A stretch of 64,000 bases of DNA, taken from positions 38,254,001 through 38,318,000 of the forward strand of contig NC_082726.1 of NCBI RefSeq assembly GCF_030144855.1, read 5' to 3'. Within the stretch, counting starts at the first letter, position 1; each line of letters opens with the position of its first letter. Positions 1-13,400 of the stretch are shown one piece after another. A program made the position numbers and the translations under genes. Source of the stretch: Hypanus sabinus (lineage: Eukaryota). Below the pieces are notes generated by a model. The model was not told the DNA's origin. It did not search any database and saw only the letters and a program-made list of their open reading frames with translations.

Positions 1-877
1 TATCATAGAAACATGCGTATATATTCAAAGTCCTAAACATTAAGCAAAGCTTAAATAATCTCCCAAGATTTCTCACTTCTCTGATCTATGATCTGTGACA
101 AAACTCATAAGACCTGTTAGCCCTACAATCCTGGGCCACACATCCACAAATAAAACTCTCTTGGGAGACTGATCACTTACACTTCGATTTAAACATGGGT
201 ATATGTTAAAAGTTACACTCTTTGTTCCGTTAATCATTCCAGTCAGATGAACTTCCACTACCTGTAACAATCCCTGATCCCTTATGGCTGTAGATGAGGA
301 CATTTCCCTTCTCTTCCTTCCTCACTCTGGCATTTTGGACTTTGTTTGCTGTAGGGCTCTGTAAGGGCATGAAGAAGACCAAGTACTGCCTATCACTTGA
401 CAATTTTCAAATCATCTAATTGATTATGTTCGTCTGTACTGCCACTGTGACATTAGGAGGATCAGTAGCTTTTGAACCATCGTTATAGCAGGCACCCTCT
501 TCCCTGAAGCTTGAGTAATCTACAGAATTTCTCTTATGCATCTCTCATAGTTGGATAAAGTCACGTATCATGCTGTAATCTGTTGTTTGTCCAGCCTTTC
601 TATTTGTTCTGAAATCCTAGTTACAGAAAGAATGGTCACTGGGTTACTTGATGGCTTCATTGATGAGAATATCTTTGAAGTCTGACCCGACAATTAATAA
701 AGCAACTTCACATCCAACTTTAAGGAAACACACCTGTTTGCAACAAAGGTGAAGGTCAACCTGAGTCATGTGCAGATCAAAAAATGGAATCTCCATTGTA
801 CACTGTATCTTGTATTCTTGATTATGTAATGATGATTCATTCCCATGAAAATGGTGTTAATGCTGGTTTCACTTCTA

Positions 878-1880
878 CATAAGAACATGTAACGGTACAG
901 GCCCTTTGGCCCATATTGTTGTGCTGACCTTTTACCCTACTTTAAGATCAATCTAACTTTCCCCTCTTAAACAGCCCTCCATTGTTTTTATCAGCCATCT
1001 GCCTGTTTAAGAGTTTCTTAAATGTCTGTAATGTATCTGCCTCTACCACCACCCCGGCAGAGCATTTCACACACTCTCTACGTAAAAAAACCTTATTTCT
1101 GATATCCCCCCCCCCCCCCCCAGACTTTACTTAAATCACCTAATCACCTTAAAATGATGCTGTATTAGCCAGTTCCACCCTGGGAAAAAGTTACTGGCTG
1201 TCCACACGATCTATGCCTCTTATCCTGTCAAGTTAGCTTTCATTCTCCTCTGCTTCAAAGAGAAAAAAATCCTAGTTCACTCAACCCATCCTCATAAGAC
1301 ATGCATACCAGGCAGTATCCTGGTAAATCTCCTGTTCACCTCTCTAAATCTTCTACATCTTTCCTATAATGAATAGATCAGAAAGGAACACATTATTCCA
1401 AGTTTTGACTAAGCAAGATGTTACAGAGCTTCATCATTACCATACGGCTCTTGAACTCAATCCCCTGACTAATGAAGGCCAAAGCAACATACACCTTCTT
1501 AATAACCCAATCAATCTGTGTGGCAACTTGGAAGGATCTATGGACGTGGACTTCAAGATCCCTCAGTTCATCCACTCTGCTAAGAATCTTTCCATTAACT
1601 CAGTAATCTGCCTTCAAATTCAACCTTCCAAAGTGAATCACTTTGAGGAATATGGATTTGGAACTCCACACCGCTAATAAACCTGCCATTAACTCTTTCT
1701 TCAAGTTTGGCCTTCCAAAGTGAATCACTTAACACTTTTCCACATTGAATTCCATCTCCACTTCTCAGCCCAGCTCTGCATTCTGTCAGTCCCACTGAAA
1801 CCTACAACCACCTTCTGCACTACCACAACACAAATGTTTGTGTCATCTGTTAATCCACTCTTCCAATTCCTCATTCAATA
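878..1880 (-). mobile_element. Degenerate CR1-type LINE 3' fragment (NFU1 intron)
   Basis: Minus-strand remnants such as LEVHVHRSFQVATQIDWVIKKVYVALAFISQGIEFKSR resemble the CR1 RT C-terminus; the cataagaaca-type tail is near 878. Confidence 0.8.
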
Positions 1881-2680
1881 GGTACATTTAATGTCAGAGA
1901 AATATGTACAATATACATCCTGAAATTATTCTTTGCAAACATCCATACAAACAGAGGAGTGACTCAAAGAATGAATGGCAATTAAACGCTAGAACCCCAA
2001 AGCGCCCCCTCCCACACACAAGCAGCAGCAAGGGAACGACCCACCCCACCACCAGCAAGAAAGCATCAATGCCCTCCACCAAGCACTCAAGTGTGCAGCA
2101 AAACATCAATAAAGACACAGACTTGCAGTACCTCAAAGACGACTTTCACCCAGTAATTCGACATACCACAAGCTCTCTCTCTCTCTCCCTAATAAGGGAA
2201 AAAGAGGTGTTCCCTTTTCACAGAAAGAAGGGAGACATATCAAACACTTGGCTAATTTATGATGTTAGAAGTTTGCTACATTGCTTTTTCTAAGCTCTGC
2301 GCCCAGATAATCGGCTCCAGAAGGGCTCAGATCTCTGGACACATGGTCAACAACAAACCTGCTGCTCTCGATGTTCTGTGTTCTCCCACAGCGCGTCAGT
2401 CAGGGGCACCAGGCTAGGATCAGCCCGTCTCTACAGCCATGAAAATCCGGCACCCTGAAGGTGCACTAAGTGTTCCAGACCACGTCCTTTGAATATCAAA
2501 AAGCAGCCAGTTGTGAAGCACTGAGAGCGGGTCCCATTCCCACAAAGAAGCTAAGTTGGAGTGTAACTCCAGGTCAGGGTCTTCAAAAGAACCTTGAAAA
2601 GGAGAAAAAGAGATATCAAAGATAGAAATAGAGCTGTTTCCGAAGATGCAAACAGAGGAGACGCTTTTTAGCACTGTTTT
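1881..2680 (-). repeat. LINE-derived 3' UTR-type repeat (family shared with 48165-48765)
   Basis: Both loci share ttta(a/t)t..cagaga.at.t.ta.a.tata.a.cctgaaatt...caaagaatgaatg.ca...agaacc..aaagc; no ORF. Family not identified. Confidence 0.55.
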
Positions 2681-2880
2681 GATTTTGCTCTACCCTCCGA
2701 GTCATTTATAAAAATGACAGAGTATTAACAATATTGTACTAACAATATGTAGCAAGTGACTCTTACTGCCAGAGGTCATTTTGCAGCTATTTTACATTAT
2801 CACATTATGGAGTTGAAAGATGGTGGAATTGTACTGTTTGAACTGCATTTTATCTATGTGTTTTCATTTAGCCTCCACAG

Positions 2881-2941
2881 ACAGTGAGGAGGATGATGAA
2901 GTGGTTGCAATGATCAAGGAACTACTGGATACAAGAATAAG
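2881..2941 (+). CDS. NFU1: NFU1 internal coding exon (SEEDDEVVAMIKELLDTRIR)
   Basis: cag acceptor ends at 2880 (alternative in-frame tag at 2871) and GT donor is at 2942. The 61-nt exon translates nearly identically to vertebrate NFU1. Confidence 0.95.
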
Positions 2942-4007
2942 GTAGTTATTATCTAATTGATATGTACTCACCATATAGTACTTAACCATAGTACCCCTGA
3001 GAGGATGATAGCAGGGCTTAACTAGCTGTGGTTGACCCACTGTGCACATTGTGTCATCTGTGGAAATCCTGGGTATTGATGCAAAGGCATAGAATCTTTC
3101 TTCCACTCTTATCAGACAGAGGCCCTCCATCAGTGTCCAATACAATGACCAATACCTGTCCAATAGAGTCCATTTGATTCCACAGCACTAGAAGTCAAAA
3201 TGCCATAGCCGTTGAAACCTCCCACTTGAGTTTTTTTTTACTCAACCCAGGTCAGCATCTCATTTGATCTGATGTATTATTAACAATTAGCAATGGCTCT
3301 TCTTATTGACAATGAATATTTTGTCAAAGTTGCCTTAATGATTATTTGTCATTCAGTGGGAATATAAACCATTCAGCCTCTTAAGTCTTCATCACCATTC
3401 AATGAGATCTTGGCTGATCTATTATCCTCTCTCAGCTTTCTACTCCATAGCCCTTGAAGATGCTACCTGGCAACGATTAACTGAAACAAAATTTAAGATT
3501 ATTCATTAAAACCTACAACTTTATCTGGGAGTACTTCACATTCCTATTATACTTTACACGAAGAATGTTTCTTCTGTCTCAGATCACCAGTACTTGATTC
3601 TTAAGGTCTTAGAGAAACAGTTTTAGATGTTCTTTCAAATGTACTGTGAATTACGTCACTCATTAACTACTTTTTTTTAACTTGCTTTTCATTTTAGCCT
3701 CAAAATCTCTAGGAAGTAGAAAGGAGGTATTTTGCATAGAAAAATATGTTCAAGACACAAAATTTGCTGTTATAAAGTAATACTGCATAAAAACAGGCTC
3801 TTGATCCACCGTAATAACCATCAGTTACCCATCTACTCTAATCCCATTTACTAGCATTTGGTCCATTCCCTTTGTTTGTCTTAACATTCATTTGTTTGTC
3901 TAGATGCCTAAATGTTGTGAGAGTACCTGCTTCCATTACCCAGATGTCTATATGTATTGTGCTAGAAAAAATGAAGCTTATTTTGAGTATTGTGCAAAGC
4001 TGAAATA

Positions 4008-4927
4008 CAGGTAGTCCCCGAGTTACGAACGTCTGACTTACGGACAACTCGTACTTATGACCCAAGGAAGGAGAATGCCGTCCGCCATTTTAAGTCATTG
4101 CCATTGACAGTGTTGAGTATTTGACTTCGTATTTGGCTTAAATTTTTCTTAGTAAGATTCACCCTGACCCCGCCGCCCCCCCCCCCCCACCCACGTTCCG
4201 GTCAGCTGGTGGCACAGTGAGATCAGCACTGGGCTGGAGAACGGAGTTTCCCAAGTTCAATCCAGTGATAGACCGTTCCCGTGCCGGGTTGATGTCAATC
4301 TAGAGACTCCCGTACATCCGTGCTGGGTTGATACTGAGCTCGTAAAAATAAAAACACTGCCACCTCCAGTTTAAATTCCCACGCAGAATATTGTGGATGA
4401 TCAAATACCCAAACCCAGCACAACCGTCACTTGTCCCATTTAGCCTGTCTCAATGCGGTGGTCCTTAGGACCCAGCGGACCTCGGGAGCTGGCAGAACTT
4501 GGGACCCACCGCCAGCAGTGTTTCTGTTCCATTGATGGGAAGCGATTGCAATTGAAAATAAAGTGGAAATAATAAAGCGTTTGGAAAGAGGTGAAACGCC
4601 ATCGGTCTTTGGAAAAGCGTTAGGCTACAGTCGGTCGACGATTGGAAAAAATTTTAAAGGGTAACGGATAAAGTGAGAATATTGGAGCATGTGAAAGGTG
4701 CTGCCCTGATGAAAGCTACAATTATTACTAAGCAATGCAGTGGTATAATTATTGGAATACATAGTGTTTTATATGCATAGAAAGGTAAAATATATACTAT
4801 ATTCTAAGACAAACGTTTGACTAACTGACGCTAAATAATACCAGATGTACTTGTTCCAACTTCCGTACAAATCTGACTTAAAGATGGACTCAGGAATGGA
4901 ACTCGTATGTAACCCGGGGACTGCCTG
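4008..4927 (+). mobile_element. Tigger/pogo-type non-autonomous DNA transposon
   Basis: TA duplication (4006-7, 4928-9); TIRs CAGGTAGTCCCCGAGTTAC / GTAACCCGGGGACTGCCTG; internal HTH remnant AIAIENKVEIIKRLERGETPSVFGKALGYSRSTIG at about 4542-4646. Confidence 0.9.
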
Positions 4928-5029
4928 TATTTTAAAAAAGTAGTTTCCAACAAGTAGTGTCTAAGAAGAATTGGGTGGATCAGAGAAGAAAGGGTAATGG
5001 TAAAAGGCCAAGCAGAGAAAGATGTAAGA

Positions 5030-5737
5030 GGACCCAATGGCCTACTTCTGCTCCTATGTCTTATGGTCTCATGGTCTAAGAGATGGCTTTTTTAAAGCAC
5101 TTTATCATTGAGCCTACTAGAGGATGAGCTATACAGGATTGGGTGTTATGTAATGAACCGGAGGTAATTAGGGAGCTTAACATAAAATAACCCTCAGGAA
5201 CCAATGATCACAATATGATTGAGTTCAACTTGAAATTTGATAGGAAGAAAGTAAAGTCTGACGTAGTAGTATTTGAGTATTGTGTACAGTTTTGGGCTCC
5301 TCTTCTTAGAAGAGATGTGCTGGTTGGCATTGGAGAGGGTCCAGAGGAGATTCACAAAGATGATTCCAGGAATGAAAGGGTTATTAGACAAGGTACATTT
5401 GATGGCTGTGGGGCTGTACTCGCTGGAATTCAGAAGGATTGGGGAGGGGGGTGGATCTCATTGAAACCTTTTGAATTTTGAAAGGACTAGACGAAGAAAT
5501 TTCTTAGGCTAGAGGGTGGTACATTTGTGGAATTTGTTGCCACATGCAACTGTGGAGGCCAGGCCACTGGGTGTTTTTAAGGCAGAGATTGATAGGTTCT
5601 TGATTGGACATGGCATCAAAGGTTATGGGGAGAAGGCCAAAAAATGAGGTTGGGGAGGAGAAAAGGTTCAGCCATGATTAAATGGCGGAGCAGCCTCAAT
5701 GGGCCAAATAGCCAAATTCTGCTCCTATGTCTTATGA
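5030..5737 (+). mobile_element. Rearranged CR1 fragments (3' tail, short APE piece, RT 3' end)
   Basis: An endonuclease remnant (DHNMIEFNLKFDR) is joined directly to EYCVQFWAP and a CR1 3' end with a tcctatgtcttatg tail. Confidence 0.8.
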
Positions 5738-5997
5738 AATGTGTATTTTACAACATACAAAATGTTCATAGTGCTGAATTTTTTTGCTTAATTCACCAGA
5801 ACTACTGACAGATTATATTGCACTTGAGTCTAATTTAATTTCTTGAAAGCATTGTCAATAACATTCAATAGTTGACTGGCAGAACCTCAAGTTGTAATTC
5901 TTTTTGATTTTGTTTCATTCTGTATAATGTTCAAATAAGTCAACAATTGTAGTATCACATAAACATTAAGATGCCATATTTTGTTTCATATTTACAG

Positions 5998-6172
5998 GCC
6001 TACTGTGCAGGAAGATGGAGGAGATGTCATTTTTAAAGGTTTTGAAAATGGTGTTGTGAAGCTAAAATTACTGGGCTCCTGCACTGGCTGTCCAAGCTCA
6101 GTCATTACTTTAAAAAGTGGAATACAAAATATGTTACAGTTTTACATTCCTGAAGTTGATGAGGTAGTACAG
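5998..6172 (+). CDS. NFU1: NFU1 NifU C-terminal domain exon with CxxC ([59 protein letters not shown])
   Basis: tttacag acceptor and gtaaag donor; 175 nt; phase-compatible with the previous exon (AG+G = Arg); canonical NFU motif GSCxxCPSS. Confidence 0.97.
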
Positions 6173-7065
6173 GTAAAGTATGAAATAACACAAATAGAGA
6201 ATTGTTGGAAATAAGTTGCTCAGAGTCTAAAGCGAGGATGGCACAAATAAATCTGCAAACATGTTGAATAATTTATTCGGTTCAGTGTCTAACATAGCTA
6301 CTCAGCTGAAACTCTCATTCCTGTCTTTGTTACATCTGGACTTAATTATTCCAGTACACTACAGTGTGTGTATCATTATACGTACTACACTCCGTGAACA
6401 TGAGGTCTTCCAGAAGTTTGTGTTACTACTCTGATATTCATCACTACATTGACATTGATCTTTCACTATTTATATCTTGGATTACTTATTCTCTGCATGA
6501 ATCTGTCTTGTGCATTCCAACCAATTTTAAGCATTATTTAATGTTTTTTGTTTAATCTTAAATTTAGCTTGGACCAGATGTGATCCTTTTCAACTTGTTT
6601 TCTGCTGCATCAATTTTTTTACTTTTCTATTTCTTAGATTGTTTGCAGGTGTGCTGAGAAGCTTTGCATCTTCACTTCTTTAATGTTGATTCTTAAGAAC
6701 AATATTAATGGTCTTGTTATTTTTTGGTCTTCTGTAAATTCTATAGAAAGCTGTGTAATGAAGTAATGGCTTTAGGGAAACTAGTTGTTTTGAAAATACT
6801 GAAAACTAAACTCTGCTCATATAGGTTAACTATCTTTAGTTGCTTCCATATTTCTTACCTTGCTTGTTTTTCTATTGGTACAGTTCTATCCTTCAGTCTT
6901 AGTAATACTGCCAGGTCTTTAACATTTGTTCTTGTATACTATATTCCAAGTCCTCTTTTCCCATCTTCTGAGCTTGATGCTATTTAAGGCTCGGTTTATT
7001 TACTTAGAAGACAATTGTGAACCTTATTCAAATTTTGATACAATTATAGAATGTAATTAGAAGAA

Positions 7066-7290
7066 GGATGGTATAGTAGCATAGCACTATTACAGCTCCA
7101 GCAACCTAGGTTCAATTCCGCCAATTTCTGTGAGGAGCTTATATGTTCTCCCCATGACCGCATGGGTTTCCTTCAGATGTTCCGTTTTCCTCCCACCTTC
7201 GGATTAGGTTAATTGGTCACTTGGTGTAATTTGGCAGCACGGTCTTATTGGGCAGGAAGAGCCTGTTACCATGCTGTATCTCTAAATAAA
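7066..7290 (+). mobile_element. tRNA-derived SINE (HE1/V-SINE-like)
   Basis: B-box ggttcaattcc, central tgggtttcc...tcctcccac domain and gctgtatctctaaataaa tail; close relative at 36185-36455. Confidence 0.75.
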
Positions 7291-7428
7291 CGTCTTATCT
7301 AACATCTTTTATTACATTTTGCATTTATAAAAATTGTATATTTTCTAGAGTAAGTAGAGTTTATCTAGGATGTTTTAAGAAATCCACGGATTCTTTTGAA
7401 ACTTTTCATTTTACGTTTTTCAATGCAG

Positions 7429-7500
7429 GTCCAAGATGAAGTAGATGAAGTAAACATTAAAGCCTTTGAAGAGCTAGAGAAGAAGTTAAAGGATACATAA
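7429..7500 (+). CDS. NFU1: NFU1 terminal coding exon (VQDEVDEVNIKAFEELEKKLKDT*)
   Basis: Polypyrimidine tract plus gcag acceptor at 7428, phase 0 matching the upstream donor, TAA at 7498-7500, then AT-rich UTR. Confidence 0.88.
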   Translation, partial: VQDEVDEVNIKAFEELEKKLKDT

Positions 7501-9010
7501 ATTATTTAACTGAAGTTTTATGACTTTATTGAGATCTGGTTTTCTTATAGTTCTCTTGTAAAACAAAGTTAAATTGATCCCATATTACCAGTCTCTTTAT
7601 TTAAGTGCAATTTTATTACTAGAAATGCTAACTGTATTATGAATTGTTGCTTTTTCGTTATCATCTGTATTTTCCTTTAAATATCTGAATGGGAACAATC
7701 TGGAACATAAATACTATTACCTGGGTCAATGTTGATCATTGCGAAGAGAATAATGTAATGGCATTTCACTCAGTTCTCATTAGAATAGTTCCCTTTTTTA
7801 GGACTTCATTTGTAGGACATCTCAACCCATAATCTCTTGAACTTAGTAAGAAGCCTGTACAGTCTAAGTAATGCTTCCTAGATTCTTAGATAGCCTGAAT
7901 TGCACACAACAAAAAATGATGAAGAACTTAAAATATTTTCATCAGCTATCACCTACCACGTGTATTTCAGGGTTATTCAAAACTGGCTTTAACGAGCATC
8001 ATATAAAATGCCATGGAAGCAAGATATTCCTAAAGTGCAGTTTTCCAAGCTTATATAAGATAGTCTACTTTTCATATTTGAGCTGCAAGGGGAAAGGGGA
8101 GAATATTTGAAGAATGTTGGAAGAATAAAAACTATTTGTGATGTTTAATAGAAGGTACCAGATACCCATCCATTGATATTTAGCTGATGTACTTTGTCAA
8201 GTACACACAAAACTATTAAAAATATTTGTAATACTCCCACTAATTATTTATTTTTAAAGTGATTCCGAACTTTGTAGTCAAATAAAACGACTGCAATGTT
8301 TCTGGCTGCTGTTACCTATTCAAACTAGAGTTTTTTTTTTAATTTGGTCAACAATCTTTATTTTGCCAGTTTGTATGTTTTTAAGTGAATTCTTTTCAGT
8401 ATAGAATTTAATGGTTTGGTCTGTATAAAGACTTAAATCTGCTTGACATCTGAATGGCAGTGCTTTAACTTGGTCATATTGAATATAGATTGTTGAACTC
8501 AAGCAAACCTATTGTTTTATTGTTGTTGAAGGTTTGAATTGTACAGTGTACAAATGATGTATACGTGGTGTATATTCATAATATCACTTTTACAAATATA
8601 ATAAATGGGACAGTTTGTAAATAGCTTGTACAATGAAAGTAGATGTCTTAAAGCTATTAAAGCAACTACAATTTATTGGAAGGAAATTCTTCATTTTTAT
8701 TGTGCTGAATAATTGGAGGGAACTTCATGAACTGAACTGGTAAACCCAGCATAGTTTATTGTTAATTCTGGATTTGACATCACATTTCTCTTTGATTAAG
8801 CCATCAGTACAGTTGTATGCAAAACAATTTAGAAGAACCATATCTGTTATGGAATGCAGACATAATGGAACTTGGCATCTCACTTTTTTGGAGTGGAGGT
8901 AATGTCTGTCCATTACAAAGGAAAGATAAAATATTTTCACATCAGGAAAGCTAATGAAGTTGTATTTTCAACACTGATCTGGGCTCTTCTATTCATCTAA
9001 TCAATAAACT
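7501..9010 (+). other. NFU1: NFU1 3' UTR with candidate poly(A) signals
   Basis: AT-rich and apparently repeat-free; AATAAA at 8124, 8281, 8600 and 9003, ATTAAA at 8656. The real end cannot be determined from sequence. Confidence 0.55.
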
Positions 9011-9339
9011 TTGGAAAGTAATTTGACCATTGGGAAGGTGTTGAGCTGAAAGATACATTCGCTGACCTCAGAAGAATGTGCTATGGCAAGCTATCAATTA
9101 TAGTGTAATAGAGTACAGAATCAGGCCCTTCAGCCCAGCAAGTCCATGCTGACCTTTAACCACCCATTTACACTAAATTTACACCATCAGATTCAACAAT
9201 CTGTAGGAAGATCTTTGGGTTGAGTAGCATCTGCGGGCGGGGGGAGGTGCGGAAGAAACCACTGATGTTTCAGGTTGAAACCTGCATCCAAACTGATGTG
9301 TCTCAATTGATCTCATTTTTTATTCTCATCAGTTCCCCC

Positions 9340-9545
9340 TAGGTTTTATCATTAGCCTTTACACTAGATATTTACAGCAGCCAGCTAACTTACCAATCAG
9401 TGCACCTTTGGGATGTGGAAAGAAACCAACGCACCTAGAGGAAACCCATGCAGCCACAGGAGAACATGCAAACTCCATACAGACCGAACCTGTTGTTGGA
9501 ATTGAACCCAGGTATCTGGCGCTGTGAGGCAGCAGCTTGATTACA
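9340..9545 (-). mobile_element. tRNA-derived SINE (V-SINE-like)
   Basis: Reverse of the SINE core: gggatgtggaaagaaacc...ggaaacccatgcag...aaactccatacagac...gaattgaaccc. Confidence 0.7.
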
Positions 9546-10473
9546 CTCTGTCAGCAGTAATCTGCTGTGGTTTAACCATTTAAATCAAAGGCAATGACTA
9601 TGATGGGAAAACCATTTTTTAAATGCTGAATAGGTTATATGAGATTGATGGGATAGTTGCTGGTCAAAGTGAACTCCATAGCTGTTACTCAGAGGGCTAA
9701 ACTGTCCTTCTATTCTTTTGTATCACTGTTTAGTAACAAGGATAGAACTTTAATTAGCTGCTAAATTGCCCCTTGTATGTAGGTAAGTATAGAATCATTG
9801 GGTAGGGAAAGTTGATGGTGATACGGGGAGAGTAGAATATGATTAGATGATTGAGGGTTTGGTTCCTTGCTATATGACTGCACTGGCAACCTTTGTGAGA
9901 GTTTGTATTGCGAGAAACTGGTGAAAATGCATAGGTAAACAGAAGAGTAAACTCTTTAATCCATGTCAAAAGGGGACTGAAGCCAGAGACTAGGTACATC
10001 AGGAAAATTAATGAATATGACAAAATGTTTAGCACTTATCTTAAACAATTGATTATTAAGTATCACCATAGCACCTGTAGAGCGTAAAGGCAAACGTTCT
10101 GAAGATAACATTTTCTTCCTTCTTTGTTTTTCCCTCCAAAATATTGTAATATGATAAGAACATGGCATTATCTGCATTTATTTACAAAATTTAACATGCC
10201 ACTTGCGTTTCATTTAGAATCTTCAAGCAGTGAAAGAACCTAGTCGGTCAGTGGCCAGTGCTGGAAGGATGCTAGACTCTGGTCTGTTCACACAGAGCTC
10301 TTGCAATAGCTGCACTGAGGTTCAGTACATCCTTTGTATGTACTCCTGCACCCTGTAATGTACCAGCTGGCAGAATTCAGTTGTGAATATCTCCTTTCAC
10401 TGGAAGGTAGCAAATTTCCAACAGACATAACTGTGTTTTCACTGAATTGATCTTCCAGCAACAGGTGATATTT

Positions 10474-13400
10474 GAAACAGAGAAAACAGGTGCAGGAGTA
10501 GGCCATTTGGCCCTTCGAGCCTGCACTGCCATTCAGTATGATCATGGCTGATCATACAACTCAGAACCCTGCACCTGCTTTCTCTCCATACCCCCTGATC
10601 CCTTTAGCCACAAGGGCCATATCTAACTTCTTCTTAAATATAGCCAATGAACCGGCCTCAACTGTTTCCTGTGGCAGAGAATTCCACAGATTCACCACTG
10701 TCTGTGTGAAGAAGTTTTTCCTCATCTCGGTCCTAAAAGGCTTCCCCTTTATCCTTAAACTGTGACCCCTCGTTCTGGACTTCCCCAACATCGGAAACAA
10801 TCTTCCTGCATCTAGCCTGTCCAATCCCTTTAGAAATTTATACGTTTCAATAAGATCCCACCTCAATCTTCTAAATTCCAGTGAGTATAAGCCTAGTCGA
10901 TCCAGTCTTTCTTCATATGAAAGTCCTGCCTTCCCAGGAATCAATCTGGTGAACCTTCTTTGTACTCCCTCTATGGCAAGAATGTCTTTCCTCAGATTAG
11001 GGGACCAAAACTGCACACAATATTCCAGGTGCGATCTCACCAAGGCCTTGTACAACTGCAGTAGAACCTCCCTGCTCCTGTACTCAAATCCTTTTGCTAT
11101 GAATGCCAACATACCATTTGCCTTTTTCACCACCTGCTGTACCTGCATGCCCACCTTCAATGACTGGTGTACAATGACATCCAGGTCTCGTTGCATCTCC
11201 CCTTTTCCTAATCGGCCACTGTTCAGATAATAATCTGTTTTCCTGTTCTTGCAACCAAAGTGGATAACCTCACATTTATCCACATTAAATTGCATCTACC
11301 ATGAATTTGCCCACTCACCTAACCTATCCAAGTCACCCTGCATCCTCTTAGCATCCTCCTCACAGCTAACACCACCGCCCAGCTTCATGTCACCCGCAAA
11401 CTTGGAGATGCTGCATTTAATTCCCTCGTCTAAATCATTAATATATATTGTAAACAACTGGGGTCCCAGCACTGATCCTTGTGGTACCCCACTAGTCACT
11501 GCCTGCCATTCTGAAAAGGTCCCGTTTACTCCCACTCTTTGCTTCCTGTCTGCCAACCAGTTCTCTATCCACATCAATACTAAACCCCCAATACTGTGTG
11601 CTTTAAGTTTGCACACTAATCTCCTGTGTGGGACCTTGTCAAAAGCCTTTTGAAAATCTAAATATACCACATCCACTGGCTCTCCCCTATCCACTCTACT
11701 AGTTACATCTTCAAAAAATTCTATTAGATTCATCAGACACGATTTTCCTTCCACAAATCCATGCTGACTTTGTCCGATGATTTCACCTCTTTCCAAATGT
11801 GCTGTTATCACATCTTTGATAAACAACTCTAGCATTTTCCCCACCACCAATGTCAGACTAACTGGTCTATAATTCCCCAGTTTCTCTCTCCCTCCTTTTT
11901 ATAAAAGTGGGGTTACATTAGCCACCCTCCAATCCTCAGGAACTAATCCAGAATCTAAGTAGAGTTTTGAAAAATTATCACTAATGTATCCACTATTTCT
12001 TGGGCTATTTCTTTAAGCACTCTGGGATGCAGACCATCTGGCCCTGGGGATTTATCTGCCTTTAATCCCTTCAATTTACCTAACACCACTTCCCTTCTAA
12101 CATGTATTTCCCTCAGTTCCTCCATCTCACTAGACCATCGGCCAATTACTATTTCCAGAAGATTACTTATGTGTTCCTTAGTGAAGACAGAACCAAAGTA
12201 GTTATTCAATTGGTCTGTATGATCAATTCACCTGTTTCTGACTGTAAAGGACCTACATTTGTCTTGACCAATCTTTTTCTTTTCACATATCTATAAAAGC
12301 TTTTACAGTCAGTTTTTATGTTCCTTGCCAGCTTTCTCTCATAATCTTATTTCCCTTTCCTAATTAAGTCCTCCTCTCCCAGTTCTCAGGTGTGCCGCTT
12401 TTTTTTTTGCTAATTTATATGTTTCTTCTTTGGACTTGATACTATCCCTAATTCCCCTTGTCAACCACGGGTGCACTACCTTCCCTTGTTTATTCTTTTG
12501 CCAAACTGGGATGAACAATTGTTGTAGTTCATCCATGCGATCTTTAAGTGCTTCCCATTGCATATCCACCGTCAACCCTTTAGGTATCATTTGCCAGAAT
12601 ATCTTAGCGAATTCACGTCTAATACCTTCAGAGTTACCCTTCTTTAAGTTCAGAACCTTTGTTTCTGAATTAACTATGTCACTCTCCATCTTAATGAAGA
12701 ATTCCACCATATTATGGTCACTCTTACCCAAGGGGCCTCGCACGACAAGATTGCTAACTAACCCTTCCTCATTGCTCAATACCCAATCTAGAATGGCCTG
12801 CTCTCTAGTTGGTTCCTCGACATGTTGGTTCAGAAAACCATCCTGCATACATTCCAAGAAATTCTCTTCCTCAGCACCCTTACCAATTTGCTTCAGCCAA
12901 TCTATATGTAGATTGAAGTCACCCATTATAACTACTGTTCCTTTATTGCACGCATTTCTAATTTCCTGTTTAATGCCATCCCCAACCTCACTACTACTGT
13001 TAGGTGGCCTGTACACAACTCCCACCAGCATTTTCTGCCCCTTAGTGTTATGCAGCTCTACCCATATCGATTCCACATCCTCCAGGCTAACGTCCTTCCT
13101 TTCTATTGCGTTAATCTCCTCTCTAACCAGCAATGCTACCCCACCTCCTTTTCTTTCCTGTCTATCCCTCCTGAATATTGAATATCCCTGGATGTTGAGC
13201 TCCCATCCTTGGTCACCCTGGAGCCATGTCTTTGTGATCCCAACTATATCATATTCATTAATGACTATTTGCACATTCAATTCATCCACTTTATTACGAA
13301 TGCTCCTTGCATTGACACACAAAGCCTTCAGGCTTGTTTTTACAACACTCTTAGCCCTTGTACACTTATGTTGAAAAGTGGCCCTTTTTGCGTTTTGCCC

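Noticed and set aside
1-870. Possible coding-like or LTR-element remnant (ORF 73-303)
   Set aside because: No motif or splice pattern could be assigned; no upstream NFU1 exon recognised.
5981-6214. 77-aa single-exon ORF as a complete small Nfu protein
   Set aside because: It is the NFU1 exon 5998-6172 plus intronic read-through; the splice sites are canonical.
7066-7120. tRNA gene
   Set aside because: Only decayed A/B boxes of SINE heads; no cloverleaf here or at the other SINE copies.
10561-11850. Programmed stop read-through between adjacent RT ORFs
   Set aside because: The TAG at 11296-8 replaces the Gln codon of the conserved WQM motif, and the same copy has FAGD and frameshifts; ordinary decay.
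12430-13374. 314-aa plus-strand ORF
   Set aside because: Antisense shadow of the CR1 endonuclease ORF; no independent motifs. The same applies to 11249-11653, 14137-14628, 22196-22579 and 23627-23998.
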